Below, one piece after another: positions 1 to 11,819 of a DNA stretch of 64,000 nt (within the stretch, counting starts at the first letter, position 1; the number at the start of each line of letters is the position of its first letter). Both the position numbers and the translations under genes were made by a program. The notes below the pieces were generated by a model. It was not told where the DNA came from, did no database searches, and saw nothing but the letters and a program-made list of their open reading frames with translations. Source of the stretch: Macrostomum lignano. Taxonomy: Eukaryota. The stretch covers positions 1 to 64,000 of the forward strand of contig NIVC01002997.1 of assembly GCA_002269645.1 (NCBI GenBank), given 5' to 3'.

Positions 1-1174
1 TTTATAAATGTTTTTCCCAAGCTCAACTAACTGTTAATGGTGCTGAGGTTGAGACATCATCAAACCCCGCAGAGATTAATGGAGTTTTGAAACATTTAAA
101 TTATACTTATTTATCAAACAAGTTGGTGATAATGTGGTGGATGCCGGATAAAGGTAACGGGCAAGCAGTAGTTTTCCCTAATGTACAAAACGCAGCCTGC
201 TGCAGATACTGCAGCGCTAATTGTTTACCTTAATACAAACATAGTTCCAGTTGTAACCACTATGACTAATACAAAAGATATTAAATACTGGTTTTATAGA
301 TCGTCAGAAAAAATTCCCAGTCGCTGGTTTTAACGCACAGCAACAGCATATGAGCAGACTTTTCAATCTTTCCACTATTTGGGTTTTTTCTCACCAAATC
401 GGTATGGAAAGGATTAAAATTTGGATACAGTTGCAAATATCTGGTGATATCAGCCTAGGATACTTTATGGAACCTCAATTCAACCGATATAGCAGTTCGT
501 ATAGATTCAATTCAATTAGTCGTACCAACTATTGAGGGTAACAGCCCCACTTTTAAAAACACATCGATAAGTAGTTAAGCGCATGATCAGGAAATATTTT
601 ATTTGAATCGTCGACATTTTATGCGAACCATTAATAATAACCAGGATTCATTCCAGTGGCAAATACTGACATCAAAACGCGGGTGAGATATATTTTTGTT
701 TGGTTTAAGATAACAAATAGAAGGAGTAAAAGAGCAAATGGGATTTATATTGGCTTCAATCCGGTGCCATAGCAGAACAAGCACACCGCAACAGACAATC
801 GGCTGCAGCTATTAACGAGTTTAATGTTCAGAATATCCGCCTGCAGGTTGATGATCAATATTATCCGGTTAAAGACCCCTAAATTTAAATATAGCAAATA
901 ATAATGTTAATGATTTTATAAAATATTATCAAGATTATGCCAAAAATGAAGCGTATGCCGTCCTCAGTACACACCCACAGAGTTTCTAAACATTCATCCA
1001 GTGGTTGTTTATGATCTATACGGCACAGAAAGAAAACGTAGCCAATATTGGACTTAATTATATGTTAGAGATTAATAAAACCGGTAATCAGGCACTAGAC
1101 GCCACGTATTGTTTCTAGAGGAATATATGTCAATTGCTAAAGCTGATGGCACGATTGTTCGACGCGCCACTTAG
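1..1174 (+). pseudogene. Double jelly-roll major capsid protein (5' truncated by window; many frameshifts)
   Basis: Hand translation across frames gives AQLTVNGAEVETSSNPAEINGVLKHLNY..WWMPDKG, FQWQILTSKR.VRYIFVWF, NVQNIRLQVDDQYYP, EFLNIHPVVVYDL and ..ADGTIVRRAT* (stop 1172-1174). These match the Polinton MCP motif series. Confidence 0.75.
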
Positions 1175-1250
1175 TGTCGCAGTGCAAACACGTGCCTGCT
1201 GTAAGCGCAGGTCTCCGACCGTCGCGCCTATTTAAATTATTTCTTTAAAA

Positions 1251-1979
1251 ATGGTAAAGGCAAAACACAATAAAATATTTCCAAATGATCCTTTTCTTTG
1301 TTTAGTAATCGAGGATCAGGTAAAGGAAAAACACACTTTGTTTACGATTTATTAACAACAGATGGAATGTTAGACTATAATAATTTAATAATTTATACTA
1401 ATAAACCTAGAATAAAATATTATGAATTTCTTAAACATGGATTAAAAAACAAATTAAAAAAAGATGTCTTGTTTAGAATGTTAAGAGCATATGAGCAATA
1501 TGAGGATGATGACGAACCGCGATTTAATCTAGCAGACATTGAGGATTTATGTAAAACAATGGCACAACACCAGAAAACATCACCGATCGCCCCGAAGGGT
1601 CGCGGACTTCGTCCGATCCGCCCAACTGTTAGAGTATCAACCCGATTAGGCCTATGATCAAATTCCAAAACATGATAAAACACTAATTATTTTTGATGAT
1701 TGTATTAATGACGGTGATCAAGAATTACAAAAGGAAATTTTTGTTAGTGGTAGAGGAGATGGAATTGGAGCTTTTTATCTTACTCAATCCTTTAGAGAAT
1801 TAGAATCGATTATAAAAAAGAATGCTAGCTGTTGTGTAATGTTTGATTTAGATAACTATGATCTACAAAATATACACGCTAGATTTAATCCCGGATTGGA
1901 TGCAAAACCATTTAAAAGTATGTGTAAAAAAATTTGGGATGATAGCCAATACAAACATATTATATCAATCCGAGGTTAG
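1251..1979 (+). CDS. A32/FtsK-like genome packaging ATPase (frameshifted near 1310 and 1655)
   Basis: ATG 1251; Walker A GSGKGKT; second frame gives Walker B TLIIFDD, then FVSGRG and FYLTQS, as in poxvirus A32-family ATPases. Confidence 0.88.
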
Positions 1980-2077
1980 AAAGGAAACATAGAATTTAAC
2001 AAATTTGATAAAAGAAGATAATGAGGAAGAAGAGACATAGCACGCGGACTTCGTCCGATTAATTTCCCACTATAAAA

Positions 2078-2859
2078 ATGACTACAAATTTAAATACTAT
2101 AAAAAATTGGTAGATCGAACTAATTCAAAATTTAGTACAACATTACAGTTTATAATGACAACCAGCGAGCAACGGATTCAATTGCGCGATCCATTACAAC
2201 TTGATCAAAGCCTAAGTTATCAAATAGGTTTAATTCTATTTTCGGTTTTCAACATGCCTCAATTAATTAATGCAACAAATAATCAATTTAGATATTCTAA
2301 AGATTCCGGAGCCAATTGGACAACATTTAGCGTTAACCCAGGAGCGTATAGCTATACTGATTTGAATGCTTATATAGAAGGAGAATTAACAACTAATGGT
2401 GATTGGGTAACAGGAGCAATTGTTATAGGTGTTGATTTACCGTCTGGCAGATTCACACTATCACTAGGATCCGGATATCAGGTTGATTTCACAATTGCAA
2501 ATTCACTCAGAACCATACTTGGATTTAATTCCCGAATAGTTACCACATCAAGCACCGGAGATACAGTGGAAATATTGAGGGTGGAGTTAATACAATTAAT
2601 ATAACAACCGACATATCAAACGGTGGTTATATAACAGATAATAATGGAGTTTTGGTTCAACGTGGAATTATTTATTCATCCCATTTCTTGCTGTTCCAAT
2701 TGGAGAGAAAATGATTGTATCACCTCAAACCCCAATATATTACCATTAAATCAATATAATGTTCAATCAATTTATATTAGGATTGTAGATGAAAGCGATA
2801 GATTAATAAGTTTTGGTGGGCAATCAATAACAGTAATTTTACGTATAAAACAGGTTTAA
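2078..2859 (+). CDS. Minor capsid protein (penton, single jelly-roll), frameshifted
   Basis: ATG 2078 joins ORF 2107 by adding one A to an A6 run. Motifs: DPLQLD..YQIGL, NNQFRYS..W....PGAYSYTDLNAYI, LRTILGF, and C-terminal SIYIRIVDE.DRLISFGGQSITVILRI*. Confidence 0.85.
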
Positions 2860-2902
2860 TAGAACCTTTGTTCGAGGACTTTGTCCGTTTCCTATAGTAA
2901 AA

Positions 2903-3112
2903 ATGGGTAATCGAACAACATGTTCGCGTGCAAAGCACGATAATAATAATAATTTACTAAAAAAACAATCAGAAAAAGTTAAAAAAGCTGAAGATAATTA
3001 CGAACTAGAACTAGCAAAATTAAGGCAGTTACAAGCTGATAAAATAAGAAAGGAATTGTTAAAACCCACACCTACGAAACTAACTAAAACCAAGAGTTTT
3101 TCAGGAACATAA
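2903..3112 (+). CDS. Small basic/coiled-coil Polinton ORF, unknown function
   Basis: 69-aa ORF with TAAAAATG start context, filling the gap between penton and protease. Confidence 0.35.
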   Translation: MGNRTTCSRAKHDNNNNLLKKQSEKVKKAEDNYELELAKLRQLQADKIRKELLKPTPTKLTKTKSFSGT

Positions 3113-3113
3113 A

Positions 3114-3600
3114 ATGACCATGACGTGGGATGATTTTAAACAAAGATATGGAACGACACAACAAGCAATATCGAATTAACAAATTGGGCGAGGCAGTTAA
3201 AAATAAAACCATTCAGATGTGTTATGCGAGATGAGATAAAAGACTTACCACAATATGGATCTTTCATTGTTAATATTGAAACAACAAAAGAAAATGGTGT
3301 TCATTGGTCAGCAGTTTATTCAAACCAAACTTGTTTATTTTTTTGATTCATACGCGCTTCCTCCGTTACAGGAAATAAAAGACAAATTTAATCATACTAA
3401 AAATCGTTTATGTGGAGATCATCACGAACAATTTCAAACATTTGATAAAAGTTATTGCGGCAAGCGCGTTGTATTTTTTATATCGACTTTCGAATGAAGC
3501 TCGTGTAAACCCCGAAGTATTTAAGATGATCATGCAAAGCATGCGTGCCGATGGCACTTTTAGACTCTATAAAATAGACAGTAAAAAATGTTATTTTCTG
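3114..3600 (+). CDS. Adenain-like (C5-family) maturation cysteine protease, frameshifted; 3' end approximate
   Basis: Reconstructed IVNIETTKENGVHWSAVY..FFDSYALPP..QFQTFDKSYCG: catalytic His (HW), Asp (FDS) and Gln/Cys (Q..CG) motifs. Confidence 0.85.
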
Positions 3601-5620
3601 GAACACCCTCATGGAACGGAACATCAAGTACTGGTGGTGGTACTTCTGGTGGAATAAGTGTTACATTCGGAGATAACCGATATATTAATGAGGATGAAGG
3701 TTATAAAAAAACTGAAATTGATAATAAATTAAATTTAAAAAGAAATGTTGCAGATTCCTATACCAAAACTCAAATAGATAATTCCCTAAATTTAAAACGG
3801 AACGTAGCCGATTCATATACAAAAACAGAGGTTGACAATGGGTTAAATTTAAAAAGAGATATAACTGATTCTTATTCTCGAACTCAAATAGATGATTCAT
3901 TAAATTTAAAACGCAATACGGCCGATTCTTATACCAAAACTGAAGTTGATAATTCCCTAAATTTAAAAAGAGATATAACTGATTCCTATACCAAAACTGA
4001 AGTTGATAATTCCCTAAATTTAAAAAGAGATATAACTGATTCTATACCAAAACGAAGTTGATAATTCCCTAAATTTAAAAAGAGATATAACTGATTCTTA
4101 TAGCAAAACTGAAGTTGATAATTCCTTAAATTTAAAAAGAGATATAACTGATTCCTATACCAAAACGGAGGTTGATAATTTAGTTGGGGTGGAGCCTTAA
4201 AGCAGGATCGATTCCAAACGGTTGAAACTGGTCACATACCTACCATGGCAGATTGGAGTGGAAATGGTTTTGCAATAACCGCAAGCACTGCATTTAATAC
4301 AACTGATTTTGCAAGTTGGAAAGCGTTTGATGGAAATGATTCAACAGATTGGGCAACAAATAATACTCAAACCGATTATTGGATTCAAGTCCAATGCCCT
4401 TCCGCAATAATGTGTTATAAAATTGATTTACGTGGTAGGCCATCACCTTCAACCGAGCACCCAGCATCATGGCGATTTGAGGGAAGTAATGACAATACAA
4501 GTTGGGACGTATTAATACCTGCGGATAGTTCTGTAGCAATAAATAACTCAACTCAAACAATTAATGTCACACAAAATTTTGATAAAACATATTCATATTT
4601 CAGATTGTTCTGTCTTACATCAACTCGGGTTCAACCAACCCGGGTCTGTCAACCTTCCAGATTTATAGACAGACGTTTACAATTCTTGATTTAAATTTGG
4701 GAGTGGTTAATCAATCAATTGATATGGGAGGTAATACAATTACTAATATCTCTACTATAAACAATAACAGTTCTGTTGTTACTAAAGGTTATGTTGATAC
4801 GCGAGTAACACAAACGGCGGATGGCCGAATGTCTTTTAACGATAAAATAAAATTGGATGGAATACCTGCAATCGATGCCGCTTTGTACGAGCCTGTAATT
4901 TGCAATTGGACTGGATATCAAAACCCAACCACAGCCGGTGATATTTTTCCAACTGGAAGTTTTGTTGGTAGCGCTACTTATATTGATTATCAAAATGGAG
5001 TAGAATTACTGATGAAGCAAGTGGTCAGTCTGGAGCGTTGCAATTTAATTTCACCCATTTTCGTAATATCTCCGCCTCCTTCTATTTCCGAGTTGCTAAT
5101 GCTACAGGAGATGGCTGACGCTGTTTGGTTTTATGCATATTGTCACGAACGTCCAACAAGTGAATTTGGATCCGGGTTAACAACCCGCGCCGGCTTGATT
5201 GTGTTTGCGAGTGAATGGCATGATAGAGTTGGGGTTGTTTGGAGCAATATAAAATCAGACGGAGCAACAGTTCGTAATGATGTTCTTAATGACGCAGATC
5301 AAACTATAACCTATGCTAATATTGATAACGGCGATTGGCATCTTTTTGAAATTAATATTTTAAATCAAAGAGTTTGGTATCAAATAAGCACATACAATGT
5401 ATCAGCTAATACATATACGCTAATTGGGCAAAACTTTTTTACATATGATAGCGGAACTTGGGGAGATTTAGATAAAACGGGAACTCTTATGGGTTTTGGT
5501 GCTCGAACTGGAGGATCGGATGCTGCACATTTTATTCGTGGTGCAGCCGTTTGTGGTAGCACATCAGCAGGATATGATTTTGCTGCGACCGCATATTTGG
5601 AACGGCCACAAACCGAATAA
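3588..5620 (+). CDS. Putative fibre/receptor-binding protein: 19-aa repeats, then F5/8-type C (discoidin)-like domain, then DMGG..ITN..TKGYVD linker, then beta-sandwich head
   Basis: ORFs 3588, 4245 and 4697 join with single-base corrections, e.g. TS[N]SGSTNPGLSTFQIYRQTFTILDLNLGVVNQSIDMGG. Discoidin-like motifs ASWKAFDG, W, YWIQVQ, SWRFEGSNDNTSW and YSYFRL. Confidence 0.65.
3702..4179 (+). repeat. 57-bp coding tandem repeat (YTKTEVDNSLNLKRDITDS), about 8 copies plus a partial
   Basis: Directly visible at DNA and protein level; synonymous differences between units. Confidence 0.95.
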
Positions 5621-5664
5621 CTAAATCCTAATGCTGCGATACGATATAAATATTTATATATAAA

Positions 5665-5988
5665 ATGGCTTTTAGTAGAACTCCATCGATGCGGCAAAAT
5701 AATGTTATTATTCCTATTCCTAAACAAGAATCAAATATAAAAACATTCAAATCTCATACCAAATTTTTATTTAGTACTGTAAATGTTCAGGATAATAAGA
5801 AGCTTCAAGAATTAATTAAGTTATTAAAAAATCATATTATACTTCAAGAGTTTTGGAAAATAGGATTTAAATGGGAGAAAAAAGAAAGAATAACTCCAAT
5901 ACAATACCTATTAGCTCGGGCAAATCCCAAAGAGCGTGGGGAATTCATTTTGGTGCTATTAAAAATAGACGAGAATGTCGGTATCTGA
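5665..5988 (+). CDS. Polinton accessory ORF, 107 aa, unknown
   Basis: Intact ORF with TATAAAATG start context. Confidence 0.5.
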   Translation: MAFSRTPSMRQNNVIIPIPKQESNIKTFKSHTKFLFSTVNVQDNKKLQELIKLLKNHIILQEFWKIGFKWEKKERITPIQYLLARANPKERGEFILVLLKIDENVGI

Positions 5989-6631
5989 AGCAGATAAATG
6001 GGAACGCGACCGGTTCAACCAACGTAAAGGTCAGATGTTAAGTAATGTTGATCGTATTAACTATGATTATGATTTATATACTAAAAAAGTAAGAAGAGTT
6101 TCAAACCATATAAGAAATATGGATTTTTTCAATATTGGATTTGGAAGCTTATCAATGTTATGTGTAATCGTTTTAGGTATTTTACAATCTATTCCAACTC
6201 TTAATTTATCTCAATTATTTTTAGGTATTTCAATTGGGTCAATATCAGGTTTTGAATTGATCAGGAACTTATCAATACTTTTAGCAATTAAATTATATCT
6301 TAAAAAAAGAAAGGAAAAATATAAATCATTAAGAGATGTTGCCAAGCAATATAAAAATCAATTATATTTATATGTGCAAAAAATATTGGATGACGGAGAG
6401 ATAACGATTCATGAATTATCAACCGCGGTTGAATTATATGAAAAATATTTAAAAGATAGAAATAGAATTTTAGATGTTGAAACTTTTACCGATATGGAAT
6501 TAAAAGAATTACGTTTGGACAAACCCAAAGCTCCACCTATAGAAACATTAGGTATTTACGAACCCGAAACTATTGCTACTGGGGCACAAAGCCCACGGTC
6601 AGGAAGTGCTGTAGAACTTAATGTTGTTTAA
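5975..6631 (+). CDS. Two-TM membrane protein of a type common in Mavericks
   Basis: Hydrophobic hairpin (IGFGSLSMLCVIVLGIL..LFLGISIGSISGF), then a basic helix and KILDDGEITIHE..YEKY, resembling the DG-IS-EE motif I recall from Maverick ORFs (from memory, not searched). Confidence 0.6.
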   Translation: MSVSEADKWERDRFNQRKGQMLSNVDRINYDYDLYTKKVRRVSNHIRNMDFFNIGFGSLSMLCVIVLGILQSIPTLNLSQLFLGISIGSISGFELIRNLSILLAIKLYLKKRKEKYKSLRDVAKQYKNQLYLYVQKILDDGEITIHELSTAVELYEKYLKDRNRILDVETFTDMELKELRLDKPKAPPIETLGIYEPETIATGAQSPRSGSAVELNVV

Positions 6632-6648
6632 TTTATTTAATGCATATG

Positions 6649-7110
6649 TTATATATTCTTCCCAAAGTGGTAACTCTCTTCTGATCTAGGTTTAAATTTT
6701 TTATCAATACATAAAAATTCCAATGACTTTTTCAATAACATTTCGTTAGGTATGTTACCTATCCTTATAAACTTTGTATTCTCTCGAATAAGAAAATTGA
6801 AATAATATCCAACTAAAATTAAAATCCTTTCAGAGTCTTTCGAACTTAATCCCTTTCCTTTATTTAAATGGAAAAAGTTATTATATAAATAAACATTATT
6901 TCCGGGAATTAAAATTGGATCAGAAATGTCTCTTGTAAGATTTCTTAAAATTGTGTTTTTAAAATAGTAATATGAGTTTTCAATCTTTTTTGTTTTTTCA
7001 AATTGATATATTTTAGAACATGAATAACACATATGATATATATCTCCGTTTGCTGTTTGCCCTCTGTGCATAGTCACATTACATTTATTACAAACATAAA
7101 TGTCTTTCAT
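6649..7110 (-). CDS. Zn-ribbon-containing accessory protein
   Basis: 153-aa ORF with N-terminal CNKC..CYSC. Confidence 0.5.
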   Translation of the reverse strand: MKDIYVCNKCNVTMHRGQTANGDIYHMCYSCSKIYQFEKTKKIENSYYYFKNTILRNLTRDISDPILIPGNNVYLYNNFFHLNKGKGLSSKDSERILILVGYYFNFLIRENTKFIRIGNIPNEMLLKKSLEFLCIDKKFKPRSEESYHFGKNI

Positions 7111-7136
7111 TTTTTTGTTATTTTTTTAGATTAAAA

Positions 7137-7469
7137 ATGGAGAGCTGGTTCAAAACCGATTCTAATGTGATTAATTATCTCACACCCAATATGTTGGAGA
7201 ATAAAGAATATAATATTATATGTTTGAGACAGGTTAAATTTATTGGGCTTCAATCAATATTTTTACAATTAGATGGGCAAAAAATTTTATGTCTAAGCGG
7301 AGATGATGTTAAAAATTTTCCTGTTTTAGTTATTAATAAACCTAAAGCGTTTGTTATGAAATACTGCAACGAGGGTGGATTGCAATTTAAACTAAAACAA
7401 ACAAATAATAAAAAGAGTGATAGGACTGTAAAATTGGCGGCTGTTTGGGAGGATGACGACGAAGACTAA
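7137..7469 (+). CDS. Polinton accessory ORF, 110 aa, acidic C-tail (WEDDDED)
   Basis: Intact ORF with TTAAAAATG start context. Confidence 0.5.
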   Translation: MESWFKTDSNVINYLTPNMLENKEYNIICLRQVKFIGLQSIFLQLDGQKILCLSGDDVKNFPVLVINKPKAFVMKYCNEGGLQFKLKQTNNKKSDRTVKLAAVWEDDDED

Positions 7470-7484
7470 ATTTTTTATAAGAAA

Positions 7485-7814
7485 ATGGATACGATAAAAA
7501 TCCTTATCACTAAAGAGCGCGAACTTAATGATATTAATAGTTTATTTTATAGTGATTATGATGAAGATATGTTTCCCATCCGATACAAATTAGATAAAAG
7601 AAAACGTTTTATACAAAAAGCAATTAATTATGCTGAAATAGTAATTGAAATTGAAATTGATCGTCTTGTTAGAAAAATAAAAAAACTTAGGAAAAAAATA
7701 AAGGAATGTTTAAGTTACCCTGCCGACTGTGAGGATAATTGGTGCTCAATAATATATGAAATTGAAGTTAATGATTTGCTCAAACAATTACATGCTTTAG
7801 TTTTTATCCGATAA
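7485..7814 (+). CDS. Polinton accessory ORF, 109 aa, unknown
   Basis: Intact ORF converging on and overlapping the PolB 3' end. Confidence 0.45.
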   Translation: MDTIKILITKERELNDINSLFYSDYDEDMFPIRYKLDKRKRFIQKAINYAEIVIEIEIDRLVRKIKKLRKKIKECLSYPADCEDNWCSIIYEIEVNDLLKQLHALVFIR

Positions 7815-10800
7815 GTAATTTTTCTGTTAATCTCTTCCAGTTATCCAAGACTTTTTCCTTGTTTAATTTTTTAAGTTCTTTTGGAAATGTTGCATAATAA
7901 TTATCTATATCTTTTTCATATTCTAGAATTATTATATTCACATCACATTCGGATTCACAATCACAATCGTAATAATAATTATTTATTGCCTTTGTATTCA
8001 TTATATTGCTTATTATATCTTCTTTTTGTTTTTTATCTTTTATCATATTTTTTATCTCTTCTTTTAAACCATATGGATATGTTTTAATTTTATCATCTAA
8101 ATACCTTTTATCATCAAATGGACTTAATGTTTTTTTATCTGTCTCGATGACAAACATCTGATGCTTATCTGAATTTAATCGATATTGTGGAGCATGATAA
8201 TTTTCAATTGTATTAAGGTAATCTAAAAGTACGTTTTTATAATCATCAAATGTTATCTTTTTTACTGCTGCTCTTGATACCCCTTTTATTTTTTTTACCT
8301 CTCCCTCCTGTCCTAAAACCTTAAATGCATAGCATTTTGATCTTATTGCTATAAACTCGGTTATGATTTTGCTATTTAATTCATCTTTCATTTTAAGTAC
8401 AACTTTTTTATTTTGATCTGATTTTAAAGGATGGTTATCCGGATAGTCGGAGGTATCCAGTGTATCCTTAATTTTTTCCATATCTTTATAGACATCGAAC
8501 CTTTGGTTCGTGGGCTTTGCCCGATCATCTGTTTCAACCTTAAATACCAAACTGTCGGTGTCTGCATATATTGGATAGTTATCTGGCCATGTTTTATTTA
8601 TAACATCATAATAGTATTCATACATTACCAGCTTTGCATAATCTAAAACAACCATTCCAATAAATATTGGTTTAAGAAATTTTGTTGTTTTATTTCTCAT
8701 ATGAATACCCATAAAGTTATCATCAAATTTTATAAAGTCTTTAAAGTTAGGTTTTGAGAAATATTTCTTTGCTTTATCAATATCCTTTTCTAAATGGAAT
8801 TGGGTTCTATCTCTAATATTTTCAACCGTTTTTCCATAAAAAGCATTATTCATTAATTTCCAATAATCTTTCTCAAAATTTGTTTTTGACATCTGTCTCT
8901 GATTTGAATTAAAGTCAATATATTTAGCTAACCAATCTTCCTCAATAAACGATATTGTTCGATGTACTTTAGACACTTTTAATCCCTGTTTTCATAAAAT
9001 TGTAGAAGCTTATAATGCACTACATAGTTTTTCTTATCATGTAAATTTAATATTAATTTTTTTGTTGCTAGATGTTTTGCATTATCTGCTTTAAGATAAT
9101 CTTTTTGTGTTTGTGATAAATCATCTTCATTAACTGAACAATGCTCTGGAGCTAAAGGATATTTATATGTTTTTGCTTTTGCTTCCCGAGTATATTGCAA
9201 ATCCACTTCTACGATACAGCCCCTTCCTTCGGGAATATTTTTGTAATAATCGGGGTCATTTTCCCATTGGAAATCAGCTATTGGTAATTTTTGTTTCATA
9301 CAACCCCGTATAAATTGTTTGCATCTAGATATAATACATATGATGATTTTTCTTTTTTATTATAATTTGGAAGATACTTATTATTTACTTTAGTATATCT
9401 ATCTCCTAGTACACCCGAGAATCCGCCGCGAATTCCTCTCTCAATCATTAACAACATATCATGATCAGTTAGTAAATCAATCTTAACATCTGTATGTTTC
9501 AAACCACAAGCCCATGTTAATCCCGGTGCACTGAAACAATATGCGGGATCAATTTTAAAATTCTCATATGTATGATTCCTAAAGTTTTCAAATGCATCAG
9601 CTAATAGGAGAACATCTGCTTTAAGATATAGATTATGATAATCTTTAAATGTTTTACAATTAAAGTATTTCCATACTTTTTGAGCGTGTTCATAATCCGA
9701 TTCACTTATGTTTGTTTGTGATAATGTTGAATAAAACTTTTCAATTGGGGGTAATTCGGTATGAGAAAATACCTCTTTAGATGTTACATATTCATATGGG
9801 TAGATGCCCTTACGAGTTAATAGCATTAGTTCTTCCTCGGATAGTTTTTCTTTTTTGAAACGATTCAATAAGATCGGATAGTTTTTCTTTACTATTTCTA
9901 AATCCCATGGTTTTGGAACTAATGATGAAACAACATTTGCTAAAGATGTTGATAAGAATCTCAAGGAATCTAGAAAAACTAGATGGGAGTATTTCTTACC
10001 ATATGTTATTGATATGTAATTTTCTGATGTTTTAGGTAATATATTTATTTCATATTCATCCTTTCCTAAATGAAGCAATTCTCGAACTAAGAAATGAAAA
10101 TCATATCCGGAACCATTATGAAAAAATACTGGTATTTCCTTACATCCTTTTCCTTCTTTTGCATTACATGATCTACATGCTGCCCCTCGATAATTTCCTG
10201 TTAGATGACAATGTTCTCGTATCTTATTATTCTTACTTAAATGTCTTTTGCACATAAAACAATTTGTTGCATTTTTATAATTGTCTCTATCCTTATTTGT
10301 CATATTAATATTTTTTGATAATTTATCATATTGATTTTGAATATATTCAAATACATTTACTAATGATTCTGCCATGTGTTTTGCTGCATCCTTACCGTGG
10401 TAAGTAATCATCCTTGATTTAAATATATGATCAGCTACGGAGTGTACATATATACAATAACTATTCGGAAACTGTTGTGCCAATTTTTTTGTGCATTCAC
10501 CGTCATCAGATACCGTCTGTGATTCTTTTAAGGGAACATTTGTTGCTTCAAAATCAGCATATATTACTATTGGTTTTTTAACTGCCATATAATGTTGTTG
10601 GAACATTAGGGTTGCATCTTCAGATGCTGGCATTATAGCATTAGTAAATTTGTGATCTAAACAAAATCGTTGGTGGTTTTTAAGAGCTGTTTCATCCTTT
10701 TTAAATGTAAAACAATTTCTACATAGTGGATATCTATTTCTATTTTCTCTTAAAAAGAACTAATATCTTTTATGTATATATAATGTGTTTCATTTTCGCG

Positions 10801-11736
10801 CTGCATGTACAAAAGATCGATTTGATCTGGTGCTGTTATATCAGTTGCTGGCTTAACAAGATAACACCTTTTCTTATACCATTCTGGATCGGTTAAAATT
10901 TCTTCTAGATCTTTTGGTTCTTCAATTGTAAACACATTAATATTTAAACCATTCATTTTTTCAATCTTATATATATCATCTATTGCTACTGGGTATGATA
11001 TGTTTTTCATTATTATTTCATCCTCATATTGTCTATAATTATATATTTTATTAATGTGTGATTCTACTTGATTGTGATATTTATGAATTAATAAACACCA
11101 TAATAAACATTTATTATCTTTATTGTCTGGATTTATAATCATAGGTGATTTAAATTTGAGCTTCATATGTGATCGTCCTTTAAGAATTTCTATAGGTGCA
11201 ATCTTTACTATTGCTGAATTACAGGATACAAATATAAACCCAGATCCGTTTTCTGTCATCTTATCTATCCATTCATCAAACTCAGCTTCTATTTGATCGA
11301 ATTGATTGTTGTAATTTCCCATTGATAATAATGTTTTATATGATTCTTGTGAAAAGTTATTTATTACTTCAATTTCTGAATTTGCATTAAGAATATTTGG
11401 TTTTTTAAATTCTGTTTCAACTTCTATTTTATACTTAATTGGCTGTCGTTTGTTATTTGGCCTTATAGTATAATTGTTTAATATGGTCTTTAATTTATCT
11501 TTCATTTGTTTAAAATATTCTTTATAATTTGTATTTATATCTATATCTATATATATTACTTCAGCTCCATTTTGTCCTTGTGGTTGGGGGTTATTAATAT
11601 CATTTAATTGTCTTTCTAAACGTATCTCATTTTCTGCCCTAATTCTTGCTTCTATATTAGCTCTTTCTAATTCCAATTGAGCTATTAATTGTGCTCTAAT
11701 TTCAGGATTGTCGATTTGAGCTAAAATTGCTTCCAT
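7804..11736 (-). CDS. pPolB: Protein-primed family B DNA polymerase (about 1300 aa, three frameshifts near 10750, 9297 and 8977)
   Basis: Exo motifs YADFE, FHNGSGYD and YLKADVLLLAD; pol motifs YLDANNLYG, KLMNNAFYGK and YADTDS; EndoVII-like CFMC..EHCHLTGNYRGAACRSCN; N-terminal NGSG/DNKCLLW and CRNC..H..C. Confidence 0.96.
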
Positions 11737-11819
11737 TTTATAGAATATAATTTATATAGTATTTGAATTATTGATTTTTTAATTTGCGTTTTTGGTGTCC
11801 AGACCCACCCCCCAGGAGC

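Noticed and set aside
7700-7990. Similarity between ORF 7485 (YPADCEDNWCSII) and the PolB C-tail (YDCDCESECDVNII) as an inverted duplication
   Set aside because: The DNA-level match is weak and explainable by composition.
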